64,000 bases of DNA from Camelus ferus (lineage: Eukaryota): assembly GCF_009834535.1 (NCBI RefSeq), contig NC_045697.1:51338001-51402000 (forward strand), read 5' to 3'. Shown here piece by piece: positions 1 through 13,276 of the stretch (positions are counted from its first letter, which is position 1; each line of letters opens with the position of its first letter). A model generated the notes under the pieces. It was not told where the DNA came from. It ran no database searches and worked only from the letters and a program-made list of their open reading frames with translations. A program made the position numbers and the translations under genes.

Positions 1-184
1 TAACAGTAATTCCATAATTTCATCTACAATCAAGACCATATTCAGATTTTTCTTGAATGGGGAGTTATTTTTAACTAGGTTCTAACTAAAAAATTATTTG
101 AGATGAGGGTATTGTTAGGAAGAACCATTGCCACTACACCACCAAATACGTATGCTGTGTATGTGTGTTAGTTTCTCCCTCCTC

Positions 185-470
185 CAACCTTTTATTTTGA
201 AAAATTTCAAACTACACATAAAAGTTTAAGGATTAATTTAATGAACACGTGTACATCACCTAGATTCTTATAACATTTTGGCACATGAGTTTATCTTTTT
301 TCCTTACTCTTCTTTTTAATGGTCTCATGTACAATGTCCGCATCATACGAAATCACCCCAAAATGCTTGAGTAGCATTCTCAGAAAAAGAACATTTTTCA
401 TAACCACAATTATATTATTACACCTAAGAAATTTAATACTTTGTAGTAATATATACTGTGCAGAACATAC
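185..470 (-). mobile_element. Ancient L1 (L1MC/ME-like) 3' UTR fragment
   Basis: ttttattttgaaaaatttcaaac...acatttttcataaccacaat...cacctaagaaatttaa resembles the reverse complement of old L1M 3' ends. Confidence 0.55.
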
Positions 471-704
471 TCATATTTCGTAAAATAATTTTTTATAAAT
501 TTCTACTATGTGTTGTTTAGAACTTAGAACAGAAGAGAACAGATCAATCATATCTATCTCATTACTAATGAATACTGGATCGACTGATGACTTTGTGTCT
601 AATAGTAGTAAAGTAACTTCTGGGTTTATTTTCATCGAGTGCTTAAAGCTAAATCTATCCTAAACACACTGGAACTTGCTAATTCAGTATTGCTACTTCT
701 ACAG

Positions 705-1152
705 ATGAGCCTGAAGTCTTGACAGAGCCTCCAAGTGCCACAACCACTACTACCATAGGTATATCTGCTACCTGGACAACTTTGGCAGGTTCCCATGGTA
801 AAAGAAATAATACCATAACTACAACCAGTTCAAAGAGGAAAAACAGGAAAAATAAAATTACTCCAGAAAATGTTCAAATTATATTTGATGATCCACTACC
901 AATCTCATACAGTCAACCAGAGAAGGTGAACGGAGAGTCCAAGAGCAGCAGTACCAGTGAGAGTGGGGACAGTGATAACATGAGAATTTCCAGCTGCAGT
1001 GATGAAAGTAGTAACAGCAACAGCAGTCGGAAGAGTGACAATCATTCACCTGCTGTGGTCACTACCACTGTGACCAGCAAGAAGCAGCCATCAGTTCTGG
1101 TTACATTTCCAAAGGAGGAGAGAAAATCTGTTTCTGGCAAGGCTTCAATAAA
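705..1152 (+). CDS. ANKRD17: ANKRD17 internal coding exon (Ser/Thr-rich and basic segment after the ankyrin repeats)
   Basis: Acceptor ttctacag|AT at 704/705; donor AA|gttagt at 1152/1153; translates (D)EPEVLTEPPSATTTTTIGISATWTTLAGSHGKRNN...SGKASIK; 448 nt, phase 1 to 2, fits the next exon. Confidence 0.93.
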
Positions 1153-1600
1153 GTTAGTTCCAATTTTCATTTTTACTATTTATAGTATCATCATGAAACA
1201 CTTTGTTGCAGCATTTTTTAGCAAAGCAGGCAGATTAACAATAGACAAAATAAGGATTTGTCTTTCTTCCAAAGAAGGCATGATTTTATTTGAATTGAAG
1301 AATTACTATGTAATTTCTCCATTTCAGTTGTTAAACTTAGCCCATGAAAAGTATTGATTATGGTTTCTCAGGGATTATTATTGTGTTTCAGTTCTGCTAA
1401 ATTTGGCTTCTAAATAATATCTTCTTAAAAATTGGCCCTTCATATTATGCTAAATATTGAAAAGTGAAAAGTAAGTTTCTCATTTATTCATCATATTTAT
1501 TCTGAAAATAAATAATAAAGTCATGTAATAGATTACCTTTATCATTTAAAAATTCTGTATCTGTTCTATATTTAATATGTGTTTTTCCTCCCTGTTTAAG

Positions 1601-1756
1601 ATTGTCAGAGACTATCAGTGAAGTGACCAGTAATTCTCTCTCCACTTGCACAAAATCGGGTCCATCTCCCCTTTCCTCTCCAAATGGCAAATTAACAGTA
1701 GCAAGTCCTAAGCGTGGACAAAAGAGGGAAGAAGGATGGAAAGAAGTTGTAAGAAG
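1601..1756 (+). CDS. ANKRD17: ANKRD17 coding exon
   Basis: ctgtttaag|A acceptor; AG|gtgact donor; encodes LSETISEVTSNSLSTCTKSGPSPLSSPNGKLTVASPKRGQKREEGWKEVVRR; 156 nt, phase 2-2. Confidence 0.93.
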
Positions 1757-3106
1757 GTGACTGATTGTTTCTTTGATCATTTTTCTCATTCTTTTTATGT
1801 GCTCTATTTCATAGTGAAGTATAGTTTGCCTTTCATTTAAATTCCCCTAACTTATTCCAAAGGTTGCAAAGAAACTGGTGACCAAAGGCTGAATCTGGCC
1901 AACAGAGACAACCTATACTATATTTTAAATGGGGAAAAAAAGTATATGTTAATACTTTTAAAATTGGAACATTTTACATACAAACTTAGATGATTGTGGT
2001 GTCTGCTTGACCCTCATAGATATTGGTATTTGGCAGAGAACTAATTTAAGTTATTTAAGGTGATAGATTATGTCTTGTTCAGCTTTGTAATCTCAGGGCC
2101 AAGTATATAGTGTGTACTACGTACTTGTGAATATTTGGAGAATGAATAAGTACTGGTTTTAAACTATTCTTGTCCTTAAATCATAGGATACCTTTATTTT
2201 AAGGGTTTTAAGACTGAAATATTTTACAGTATTTTGCTTGGGATTTTTTTTAAATAATAATGTGTCAAAAAGTGAAACAGTATCCCAAAAACTAAAAGAT
2301 AAGATACCACAAACCTGGAAAGAATGTGACCCATTATATTATAAATCTTTAATAACCTGTTCTGAAGAACTCACCAGAAATTCCATCAAAAAATTAAACT
2401 TTTGATTGTTTGAAAACAAGAGCTATAGTCAACCAAGCTTATTATTGTTAATCTCAAAATGTACTGTACTTTTTTTTCATATTTTGGGCCAACACCTCCC
2501 CTCAAATCACCATCTCTGCCTTTATTTCTATCTGTGTCTCTGTCTCATACACACACTATTGAACTGATTGAAATCACATCAGGGTTCTGTCTGTACAAAA
2601 GTAAGATAATTCCATTTTTCTGCATGCATTTTATATTGTGGCATGCGAACAAATTCTTAACTAACTTAAAGTAATGCACTGACTGATATTATGCACTTTA
2701 GGGGAAAAAGAATTATCAAGTAACTTACTTATGTATATAAAAGGGCAGGGATCATACCGTACCTTTTAAAAATATAACATTTTAATTTAATGTTAAATCT
2801 AGTCTAAATAAATAATTTCCTTGTTTATTAAAGCATAAGTGACTCATTCTTTTTATGGAGAGTTATACTGTATTTCTTTTAGAAATATTCTGTAATTTGA
2901 CTTGCCAGAAATTTATGCCTACCTTTCCTGAGGTAATGTAAAATTGTAATGTAATTTTGCAAGTGTTAGGTGGGTATTGCTTTTTTAAATTTCCAACAGG
3001 CTCTTTTCTTTCCTCACACAGCTTAACGGTCTTTAGCAAGTTTCTCTATTTGTGGATAATCATTTTAATGCCTTTAGAAGAATACAGGGGAAGAGTGAAT
3101 TTTTAC

Positions 3107-3156
3107 TTTTTTGTTTGTTTGTTTTGTTTTGTTTTATGAGGGAGAGGTAATTGGAT

Positions 3157-3199
<43 letters not shown>

Positions 3200-3283
3200 T
3201 ATTTGGAGGAGGTACTGGGGATTGAACCCAGGACCTCATGCATGCTGAGCATGTGCTCTACCACTTGATCTATACCCTCCCCC
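3107..3283 (-). mobile_element. tRNA-derived SINE (camelid Vic-1-like) with (ATTT)n tract
   Basis: Reverse complement reads GGGGGAGGGTATAGATCAAGTGGTAGAG...GGTTCAATCCCCAGTACCTCC (Pol III A/B boxes); flanked by TGAATTTTTA at 3096-3105 and 3286-3295. Confidence 0.9.
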
Positions 3284-3830
3284 TATGAATTTTTAATATT
3301 ATCATTTCAGTTATATATTAGAGAATAAGAACAAGAATGAGAGTCAAATACCCAAAGGTGCCCACAAGAAGCCTTTCTTGACTGCTAGGGCTAGATTAGA
3401 TGCCCCAACCAATGAGTCTTTATGATACCTTATTAGAGCACTTACAGCATCCTGTTGTAGTTTTCTTACTTGGTGTCTACATAGTCAGTATAAGTGGGCA
3501 GGAACCCTTGTCTATCTTACTTGCCATTAGTATTTTCATTAACACAGTGTATTTCTACCTGTGTGTGCTTTACAGATATTAATGAAGTCGATGAGAGTCA
3601 AAAAAGCAAACAGTTTTGGTAATGAGATGAGAAGCTGCAGTGAAGTTCTCTCTCTCACCCCCTTCCCTTTTTTCTGTTGGCTCATAAGTTACATTTTATC
3701 ACTTAGAGTGAGAATATCTATTCTGTATTTACAGAAACATATTTTAGTAATAATTCTCTCCCATGTATTTTCATTACAACCTATGATAACTAATGATTTA
3801 TCTTAATTTATCTTTGCAACTATTAAACAG

Positions 3831-3980
3831 GTCAAAGAAAGTATCTGTTCCATCAACTGTGATATCCAGAGTGATTGGAAGAGGAGGCTGTAATATTAAT
3901 GCTATTCGGGAGTTCACTGGTGCACATATAGATATTGATAAGCAGAAAGACAAGACAGGAGACCGGATAATAACAATAAG
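3831..3980 (+). CDS. ANKRD17: ANKRD17 coding exon, most of the KH domain (GXXG loop IGRGG)
   Basis: ttaaacag|G acceptor; encodes SKKVSVPSTVISRVIGRGGCNINAIREFTGAHIDIDKQKDKTGDRIITIR; the donor that keeps ITIRGGTES is AG|gcaaaa (GC-AG); 150 nt, phase 2-2. Confidence 0.92.
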
Positions 3981-5331
3981 GCAAAATTTTGTCTCTTACG
4001 TTTTTCCTCCTTTGTACTTTTTTGCATGAGAGCTTAATTATATATAAGCATTTGAGTTTTCAATGGAACTTTGTATTTAATAGGATACTTTTTTAAAATG
4101 CAAATTTGATTAGTGTTTGAGAAGATAAACTTTACAGTTTTTGTCTCTTAATTCATATGCTCTTACAAAGTATTTCAAAGGACTTTAAAGGAATTTTTCT
4201 TTCGTGTGTGTGGCAGAGGTTTGAATAATCTTTTCCTTACATGAAATTGTTCATATGGCATTCTTAAAAAGTTATTGAGACTTTTAAAGAAGGAATGGGT
4301 TTCTAACACATATTAATTTATAGTTTTCCATCTTTCTCTTAAATTAGCATTTGAGATTTGTTATTCTGAGATTATATCCTTAGAATATGAGCTCAGTAAT
4401 AGATTTAAATCTGAAGTGGATATTTGTCTTGAATATTGAAATATATCTATGCCTGAATACCCTTAAAATAAAGATGATATTCTAAGAAATTATAAATTTG
4501 GTTGTGAGCAGTAGCTATCCTTCATAATAACAGGGAGGCTGATAGTTACATAGCCTACTTCAAGAGGAAGGAGGCAATTAACCAGCTTTGTTTTGTACTT
4601 ATCATCCTCTCCTATCTTGCTTATCCCTCTCCTGGGACAGATGTAATCACAACCTACCTTATCCAGAGAAGAGGGGAAACATACTACTCTTTATGTGTAA
4701 TTTCCCCCTTAGAATTTCCATAAGACTTTCCTTTTAGTCATATATTTTACTAAATATCAAAGACTAGGGTTTGACCTTATGGCCATTGTTGGCATTATCA
4801 GAATTCCTCTCTCATTTGGAGACATCTGTCAAGAGATACTATAATAATCACTCTACTAATAGAGAAACCACTAATAAATTTATAAATAGGGTCACCTTAG
4901 ATTCCTGGATTTAAAATAAAATGCTATTTTCTTACTCAATTGTATTGTTTTTATTGCTTACTTACAGTACTGCTTTTAATATTGATCGACTGTTTAACTT
5001 TATGGTAACAATATAGATTATATAGGATTTTTAAGTGTTTTTCTATTTATAATGCATTTCACAGTAGGAAAATGATTGCTTAGTCTAAGGAAACAATAGT
5101 AAAATTAATTTTTGGAAAAGAAATCATTTACTTTTCCTTTGAAAAATATTGTAGTATGTCAGGACAGTTTATTGCTTTGTTTGCAGAATACCTAAGAATA
5201 GTCAGAAAATTGCTGCTTAACTTTCAACTATTCTCTGTATGCATGTATACATACATGCACACGTGAATGAATTTAGGCTTTACATATTAGAAAGTGAAAA
5301 TTGGACCTAATTTTGTCTTGTCAACTTATAG

Positions 5332-6965
5332 GGGTGGCACTGAATCAACAAGGCAAGCAACTCAGTTGATCAATGCTCTGATCAAGGATCCAGACAAAGA
5401 AATTGATGAACTTATTCCAAAGAATCGTTTGAAAAGCTCCTCAGCAAATTCCAAAATAGGGTCATCAGCACCTGCCACCACTGCTGCTAACAGTTCCTTA
5501 ATGGGAATTAAAATGACAACTGTAGCTCTGTCATCAACATCTCAAACTCCCACAGCACTCACTGTGCCTGCGATTTCTTCTTCATCTACTCACAAAACCA
5601 TTAAGAACCCTGTGAATAATGTGAGGCCTGGTTTTCCAGTTTCTCTTCCATTAGCATATCCTCCTCCACAGTTTGCACATGCTTTGCTTGCTGCTCAGAC
5701 TTTCCAGCAGATCCGTCCACCAAGGTTGCCCATGACCCACTTTGGAGGTACTTTTCCACCAGCTCAATCCACTTGGGGTCCTTTTCCTGTCAGGCCTTTG
5801 AGCCCTGCCAGAGCTACTAACTCGCCTAAGCCTCACATGGTGCCTCGCCATAGCAATCAGAATAGCAGTGGTTCTCAGGTGAATTCAGCAGGTTCTTTAA
5901 CTTCAAGTCCAACAACTACAACCAGTTCATCAGCTTCAACGGTGCCTGGTACATCTACAAATGGCAGTCCAAGTTCACCTTCCGTCAGAAGGCAGCTTTT
6001 TGTCACAGTTGTGAAGACATCCAATGCTACCACAACAACAGTCACAACTACAGCAAGCAACAACAGCACTGCATCCACAAATGCCACATATCCTATGCCT
6101 ACTGCCAAAGAACACTACCCAGTATCATCCCCATCTTCCCCGTCACCACCAGCCCAGCCAGGAGGGGTTTCTAGAAACAGCCCTTTGGATTGTGGAACAG
6201 CATCTCCAAATAAAGGGGCATCTTCCTCTGAACAGGAAGCAGGTAGTCCACCAGTGGTAGAAACAACAAACAGTAGACCCCCAAACAGCAGCAGTTCTTC
6301 TGGGAGTTCATCAGTTCATTCTACTCAACAGCAGCCTCCGGGACCTGTTTCTCAGGAGCCAAGACCACCTCTTCAGCCGTCTCAGGTTCCTCCCCCGGAA
6401 GTTAGAATGACTGTTCCTCCTTTAGCAACAAGTTCTGCTCCAGTGGCGGTGCCTTCTACTGCCCCAGTGACTTACCCTATGCCTCAGACACAAATGGGAT
6501 GCTCCCAGCCTGCTCCTAAAATGGAACCCCCTGCTATTAGACCACCCTCTCATGGCACAACAGCTCCTCACAAGAATCCAGCTCCAGTGCAGAATTCATC
6601 TGTCGCAGTCCTCAGTGTCAATCACATTAAAAGACCTCACAGTGTTCCCTCTTCTGTCCAGCTACCTTCAACCTTAAGTACACAAAGTGCTTGTCAAAAT
6701 TCAGTACATCCAGCAAATAAGCCTATCGCTCCCAATTTCAGTGCCCCCTTACCATTTGGGCCCTTTAGCACATTGTTTGAAAATAGCCCTACTTCTGCTC
6801 ATGCCTTCTGGGGAGGATCTGTTGTTTCATCTCAGTCAACACCAGAATCTATGCTGTCAGGAAAATCCTCATATTTGCCAAATTCAGATCCTTTACATCA
6901 GTCTGATACTTCCAAAGCTCCAGGTTTTAGACCACCATTACAGAGACCCGCTCCAAGTCCCTCAG
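5332..6965 (+). CDS. ANKRD17: ANKRD17 large coding exon (end of KH domain plus S/P/T-rich disordered region)
   Basis: cttatag|G acceptor; G|gtaagt donor; 1634 nt inside ORF 5294..7054 (GGTESTRQATQLINALIKDPDK...RPAPSPSG). Confidence 0.96.
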
Positions 6966-7384
6966 GTAAGTTTGTATTTTCTGACATTCTGCAGCTGCTC
7001 ATTTACACAGATGATGTGAAAACGTGGTCATTTTCTAATACTTTTACTCTGTGACAGGTCCAGATAGAGATTGTTGTACTAATTCAAACGCTGTTGTGAA
7101 TGTTTGAGAATGTTTAGTATGGCATTATAATATCTTTTGTATCTTTTTAGAAGCTACAGTGGATTTTATCTTAAATTTAACCATAAATAAATTTCTTCAT
7201 CAGGTAAACTGCTATCTCTCTCAAAAAAAAGTTTCATATGTTTTCATTTAATAAGATAATGCCATCAAACATTTGCTTTTATTTCAAATTTTAAAATACC
7301 AAAGATTTTTAAAATTTGGTTTCACTGCTGATTGTCTTTTTGTTTTAAAAAATAATGAGAAAAATATAGAGCTACATAGTTTTA

Positions 7385-8425
7385 ATAGGATAGCCACTAA
7401 CCATATGTGCTATTTAAATTTAAATTAAATAAAATTAAAAATCTCAGTCAAGCTGGCTATTTAAATTTTTTTTTCCAATCTTGTTTATATAATTGACATA
7501 CATCACTGTATGAATTTAAGGTGTACAACATAGTGGTTTGATTTATGTATATTGTGAGATATATGAATAAATTTAATTACCATTCATCATCTCACATGGA
7601 TACAATTTTTTAAAAAAAGATAAAGAAAATGTTTTTCCTTTTGATGAGAACACTTAGGATTTAGTTTAGCCTCTCTTAACAACTTTCCTTTATATCATAC
7701 AGCAGTGTTAACTATAGTTATTATGGTTATACATTACATCTCTAATACTTATTTATCTTAATAACTTTGTACCTTTTGATCACCTTCCTCCAGTTCCCCC
7801 TCCCAATACCCATCCCCACCTCTGATAACCACAAATCTGATCTTTTTCTATGAGTTTGTTTTAGATTCCACATATAAATGAGATCATATAGTATTTGTCT
7901 TTCTCTCTCTGACTTATTTTACTTAGCATAATGCCTTCATGGCCTATCCATTGTGTCAGAAATGGCAGGACTTCGTTTTGTTTTGTTTTGTTTTGTTTTG
8001 TTTTCATGATGGAATAATATCTCATTGTGTGTGTGTGTGTGTGTGTGTATACATATATATATATATATACACCACAACTTCTTTATCCATTCATCCATGG
8101 ATGGGCAGTTAGGTTGTTTCCATGTCTTAGCTATTGTAAATAAGGCTTCTATGAGCAAGGGAGTGTAGGGTAGTGTAGGTATCTTTTCAAGTTAGTGTTT
8201 TTGTTTCATTTGGCTATATTCCTGGAAGTGAAATTGTTGGATCATGTGGTAGTTCTATTTTTAACTTTTTAAGGATCCTCTTTACTATTTTCCATAGTGG
8301 CTGTAGGCTAGTCATATTTCAAGTGCTTACTTAATAAGCACATATGGCTAGTAGCTGCCGTATTGGACAGCACAGATATCGAACACATCTATTACTGTAA
8401 AACGTTCATGTTGGACAATGCTGAT
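7385..8425. mobile_element. MER3-like hAT-Charlie MITE interrupted by an L1
   Basis: Left part atagccactaaccatatgtgctatttaaattt...; right part tatttcaagtgct...atggctagtagctgccgtattggacagcacagat...ttggacaatgctg at 8306-8425. Confidence 0.65.
7465..8305 (-). mobile_element. 5'-truncated L1 (ORF2 C-terminus plus 3' UTR)
   Basis: Minus ORF 7937..8158 LFTIAKTWKQPNCPSMDEWIKKLW matches the L1 ORF2 C-terminus; poly-T at the left end. Confidence 0.9.
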
Positions 8426-8759
8426 ATTTAAAGAGTATCTAAAGATCTGGTTGTGTATGACTGCTTTTTCTTTTTTAGCTTTTTACTTTGAAATATTTTT
8501 ACATTTATAGAAGAGTTCATCTATAATTATTCCAACTTCCCTGAATGTAAACATCTTATATAACCACAGCATATTTTTTCTAAAACTAAGAAATTCATAT
8601 TGGTGCAATATAATTAACCAGACTACAGACTTTATACAGTTATCACTAGTTTTTCCAGTAATCTTTCTTTTAAAGTGTCCAGGATACCAAGTTGCATTTT
8701 GAGCTTTGCATTTTACTATGCAAATATGAATATTTCAAGTAATTAATGATAATTTCATT

Positions 8760-9052
8760 CCAGAGATAGACAAATGATGGTCCATGGGCCAGATATGGCA
8801 TACTACATATTTTTACATTTGTAATTTTTTAATTGAGTTATAACAATTGTGTAAGATTAAAAAAATTTTTTTTAATTTTAAAAAGAATAATATGTGACAC
8901 AAAAATAGGACAGATTTCAGTGTTCATAAATAAAGTTTTATTGAAACACAGCTATGCCCATTTATTTACATAGTGTGTTATGGCTGCTTCCATGCTCTAA
9001 TAACAGCCTAAAAATATTTATTATTTAGCCCTTTACAGAAAGGTTGCCAACT
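8760..9052 (+). mobile_element. MER58-like hAT-Charlie element
   Basis: ggtccatgggccagat...cataaataaagttttattgaaacacagc...gccctttacagaaaggttgccaac. Confidence 0.75.
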
Positions 9053-9769
9053 TGATAGGTGTCATTGAAGGGATGGAATTCTGGGACTAAAAATTTCTAA
9101 ATTTAATGGAAACTGATTGTTATTTTTAACCTATTTCTATAACACATAAATATAAAGAACATGGTCAGTAAATGTTTCTTTGCCGGGGGTTGGTTAAAAT
9201 GTTTATGTGTACTTTTAAAACCAATTCATCTTGAGTACTTAAACAATAAAGTCAATAAAGTTTGATTATAAAAGCTTCATATGCTAAGTAATACATTGGA
9301 AATGCTTTTATATTTCATCTTTATAATAATTGGAATTTAGTGAAAATACTTCACTTTTCAAAAAATGTGAAATCTAAGTAATGTATTAAGAAAGACTAAA
9401 GTTAAAGTCTACAGAAAAAGGAAATAAATTCTTGTTTTGTGGAAAAGTAAAGAAAAAGAGGAGCTCCATAGGGAAGTGTGATTTTGTGGGGTGTACAGTT
9501 GATTAGACCCAAAATTAGCAATGAGGGTTAACTTGAGAGTCCATCAGAGGGATATATTAGATTTAGGTCAAAACAGGTATATTTGCCTTCACAGTTATAC
9601 CACTATTTCGACACCCTAGAAAATTAACATTAATTCAATAATAGCACCTAAAATGCAGTGCCATCATCCCAAATATATCCTTTATGCCTCTGTGTTTCTT
9701 TTTCCTTTCCTTTTGCTCCAACCAGTTAAGGTTTACATATTGCTTTTGACTGTTATGTCTCTTTGGTAT

Positions 9770-10420
9770 CCCTCAGTCTAAAATATCTCACCACCTTCTT
9801 TTGTTTTTCTTGACACTGAATCTTTTGAAGAGTCCAGTTATACTGAAGAATGTCCTACATTTCAGCTTCACCTGTTTTCTCAATCCATGATTATATTCAG
9901 GCTAAGCATTTCTAGCAGGAACATCAGATGGGCAATGTTTGAATCTCACACTGCATTATATCAGGAGGCACTCAATGACAGATTGTCCCTCCATTAGCTA
10001 TAAAAAGCATGGCCAATTAGTTAAGGTGCTACTTATCAGATTTCTCCATTGTAACAAAGGAGAGTAGTTTTTTTGTTTTGTTTTGCTTTGTTTTAAGGTA
10101 GCTGTCTTAGGTTCACAACAAAATTGACAGAAAAATACAGGGATTTCCCATATACTCTGCCTCCACACAGGCATAGCCTCTTTTACCTCCTTTATTATCA
10201 ACATCCTCCTCCAGAGGGGTACTTTTGTTACAGTTGATGAACCTACATTCACACATGCTTATCAGAGTCCGTAGTTTACATGAGGGTTCCCTCTTGCTGT
10301 ACATTCTGTAGGTTTGAACAAAAGTCTAGTGACATGTATTCACCATTATGTTATCATCCAGAGTATTTTCAGTGTCTTAAAAATCCTCTGTGCTTTGCCT
10401 ACTCATTCCTCCCTCCCCTG
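9770..10420 (-). mobile_element. Old L1 (L1MC-like) 3' fragments
   Basis: taggttcacaacaaaattgacagaaaaatacagggatttccc...tttgttacagttgatgaacctaca, typical of reversed L1MC 3' UTR; minus ORF MYSKREPSCKLRTL...CRFINCNKST. Confidence 0.65.
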
Positions 10421-10757
10421 TAAGTTTCTTAAAGAAAATTTTATGTAACTCTTTGGCCATCAAACCTATTTAAATTCTTGTGTTAATATTAAATCTACAT
10501 GTATTCTATAATAACTAATAAAATGTAAAAATTAAAATTAAATATAAAATATTTTCCTTGATAATTTCTTTTTTATAGCTATCTTTGTAAAATAAAGGGG
10601 GAAATAATGAGTCAGTGGACTGGAAGAAGTAAGCAAGGAAAATTTTTTTAATAATCTAAAATATTTTTGTATTTGTTAGGGACCTCTTAGAAATTTAGGT
10701 TTTTCTAATTCTCTTAGGGGTGACTATTATACATTATTACTATCTTCTATATTATAG

Positions 10758-10955
10758 GTATTGTCAATATGGACTCGCCATATGGTTCTGTAACACCTTC
10801 TTCTACACATTTGGGAAATTTTGCCTCAAACCTTTCAGGAGGTCAAATGTATGGACCTGGGGCACCCCTTGGAGGAGCACCCACAGCTGCTAACTTTAAC
10901 AGACAACATTTTTCCCCACTTAGTTTGTTGACTCCATGTTCATCAGCATCAAATG
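10758..10955 (+). CDS. ANKRD17: ANKRD17 coding exon
   Basis: attatag|GT acceptor; G|gtgagt donor; IVNMDSPYGSVTPSSTHLGNFASN...PCSSASN; 198 nt, phase 1-1. Confidence 0.94.
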
Positions 10956-13124
10956 GTGAGTAATAGACACTGTAATTCCAGAGGAAGAGTTGAAGGTTTT
11001 AAGTTTTTCAAAGCTTGGAGTTTTTAAGTTTAAATCTTATCATAATTTAAATACTATAAAAATGTAATTTGTATTAATGACAATCTGAAATCAGGAGAAA
11101 TTTAAATAGAATTTTTAGGTTTTTAAATTACTGGAATCAGCCTCAGTTCTATAAAACCTAGAACATTATATTGAAGTTTATTTCTAAGAGGGATCCTTTT
11201 CTGAAAATAAAAAATTTTGTTGTGCCACCTATTGATTTACAGTTAGTTTTAGTTTTGAGAGTATAACTACCAAGAAGAAAGATTCTAGCCTTAAAAGTAG
11301 TATAAATATCATGTACCTTTTGTCTACCTTTAAATTTCATACATCATATAAATAGTATAACTGATTTTGCATTATCAGATCTGTATTTTTAACTGTAGTC
11401 AGGCTTTGAAGCAGTGATTAGATTTTTAAACTAAGGAAGATCAGTAGGGAATTTCAAATTAAGTTATCAGTAAGGGATTCAACTCATACTAAAAGAATTC
11501 TATAATAAGACTATTGGGTTTTTGTATTTGTGGTTATTTATTTATTTAGTGGGGATAAAGACATCAAATTTCTTTCTCCTTGAGGAAATTTTCATAAGAA
11601 TAAGAATCCATGTTTTTAACTACCAAATTTCTTCTAATTAACAATGTTAGATCCCACTTAATGGAGCCTGGTAAACTGAATGAAAGAATGAAAAAAAAGT
11701 ATTTGAGAGATATAAATCAAAGTGCATTGCCAGTGAAAGCATGAAGTAAGGTGTGGTCTATAGTGAATTAACATGCTGTATAGTTCTTCTTGTGTTTGTC
11801 AAATAACGAGGACAGTAATAGAATGTTAATTATCCTTGTACAGATGTCCCTAAATGAAAAGAAATGGCTTAAGAGAGAATTCAAAATGACTATGATAAAA
11901 ACATACCAGAAATAATATAAGAAGTATGAAAATAATGTACCAATATAAGAAGAAAAAAAGTTTATAGCAGTTCTCATTCAGAATACTTTACCTATATTTG
12001 AAAAAGCTTAGGAAAATTTCTTAGTGACATAACACTGTACGGACTTACAATTCAAGATGGCAAACCAAGCATTCATGTTTATCTCCTTTCCTTCTAGATG
12101 TTTCATTAAACTTTGAGCAAAGCAATAAGAGTATGATAATCACACAAATATAAGAAGATGAAAGGGCCCAAGAGAAAATAGTATATTTCTGAAAGATAGA
12201 AAGTGGATAAAAGAGTAGTGACTGATTTATGTATCTGTTGAATTAATTTTTATTGAAGTGCTCTGGTGGAGATGCAGAGTTTGAATAAGAAAAAAGGCCC
12301 TTTCTCAAGGAACTTTAAGTGGAAATTTAATAATTTTCTAATTTTATATGTTGTAGATTTATTCCCTCTCTTTTTTTCATTGAGATAAAAAATATTAAAA
12401 AATATTGTAAATCAACTATACTTAAATTAAAAAAATTTTTTAAACAATAAAAATTTCTTTCAAATTTTAAAATAAAAAATTTCTTAGGAATCATGGTTAA
12501 TTGAAATAAAATGAATACAGTATTACATTGGCACTTAGCCTGGTTTATCTAAACATAAGCCATTAAATAGAATACTTAAATATAACTCTAAGGAGTAACT
12601 GATTATGACATCTTAGTCTTAACTATGGCTTATTATAAGAACTATAGCCTCAGTTATTTAAAGCTGTATTTCAGTACAACACAAATTTCTATATACTAGG
12701 GGAATATGGATATTTGTTTTATTTATTTGGTTTATAAGGAAGATTGACAGGTATATATTGAGTGGAAGGTAATTCACTCTGCATTAAAAATTGGTACTTT
12801 ATCCTAATCTAGGGTTCTCTCCCTTTAGGGCTATGATTTGAAGAGATTTTAGGTCAAGTTTCAATTAAGGAAAAAAACTAAAAGAAAAGTAAAACATTGA
12901 GAATTACCAGTGAACCCTTTTTGTAATATAACTTATAACCATATATTAAATAACAACAGTTAATTTATTGAATTTAGGCACTTTTCAAGTTAATTTATCC
13001 CCAAAACTGCCTTTGTCAGCAAAATCCTAATATAAACAGGTGATCTTAGACAAGTCATTTCAGTGAACCTCAGTTTTTTCTATCTGTTAATATTTACCAC
13101 ACTGGATTAGTCTGAGGAGTAAAT

Positions 13125-13276
13125 GGGGCATGGTGGGTATAGCTCAGTGGTAGAGTGCTTGCTTAGTTAGCATGCATGAGGTCCTGGGTTCAATCCCCAG
13201 TACCTCCATTAAAAGCAAACAAAAAAACACCTGAATAAAAAGACCAGGCCATAAATATTAAAAAAAAAAAAAAAAA
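13125..13276 (+). mobile_element. tRNA-derived SINE (Vic-1-like)
   Basis: GGGTATAGCTCAGTGGTAGAGTGC...GAGGTCCTGGGTTCAATCCCCAGTACCTCC plus an A-rich tail. Confidence 0.9.

Noticed and set aside
719..1357. 212-aa ORF as a standalone gene
   Set aside because: It is ANKRD17 exon 705-1152 reading on into the intron.
5294..7054. 586-aa ORF as a single-exon gene
   Set aside because: Bounded by splice sites at 5331 and 6966; it is the large internal ANKRD17 exon.
13135..13207. tRNA gene (A/B boxes, tRNA-Ala-like), likewise at 34105, 43725 and 42840
   Set aside because: Dispersed diverged copies with SINE tails, poly-A and in several cases TSDs; these are SINEs, not tRNA genes.
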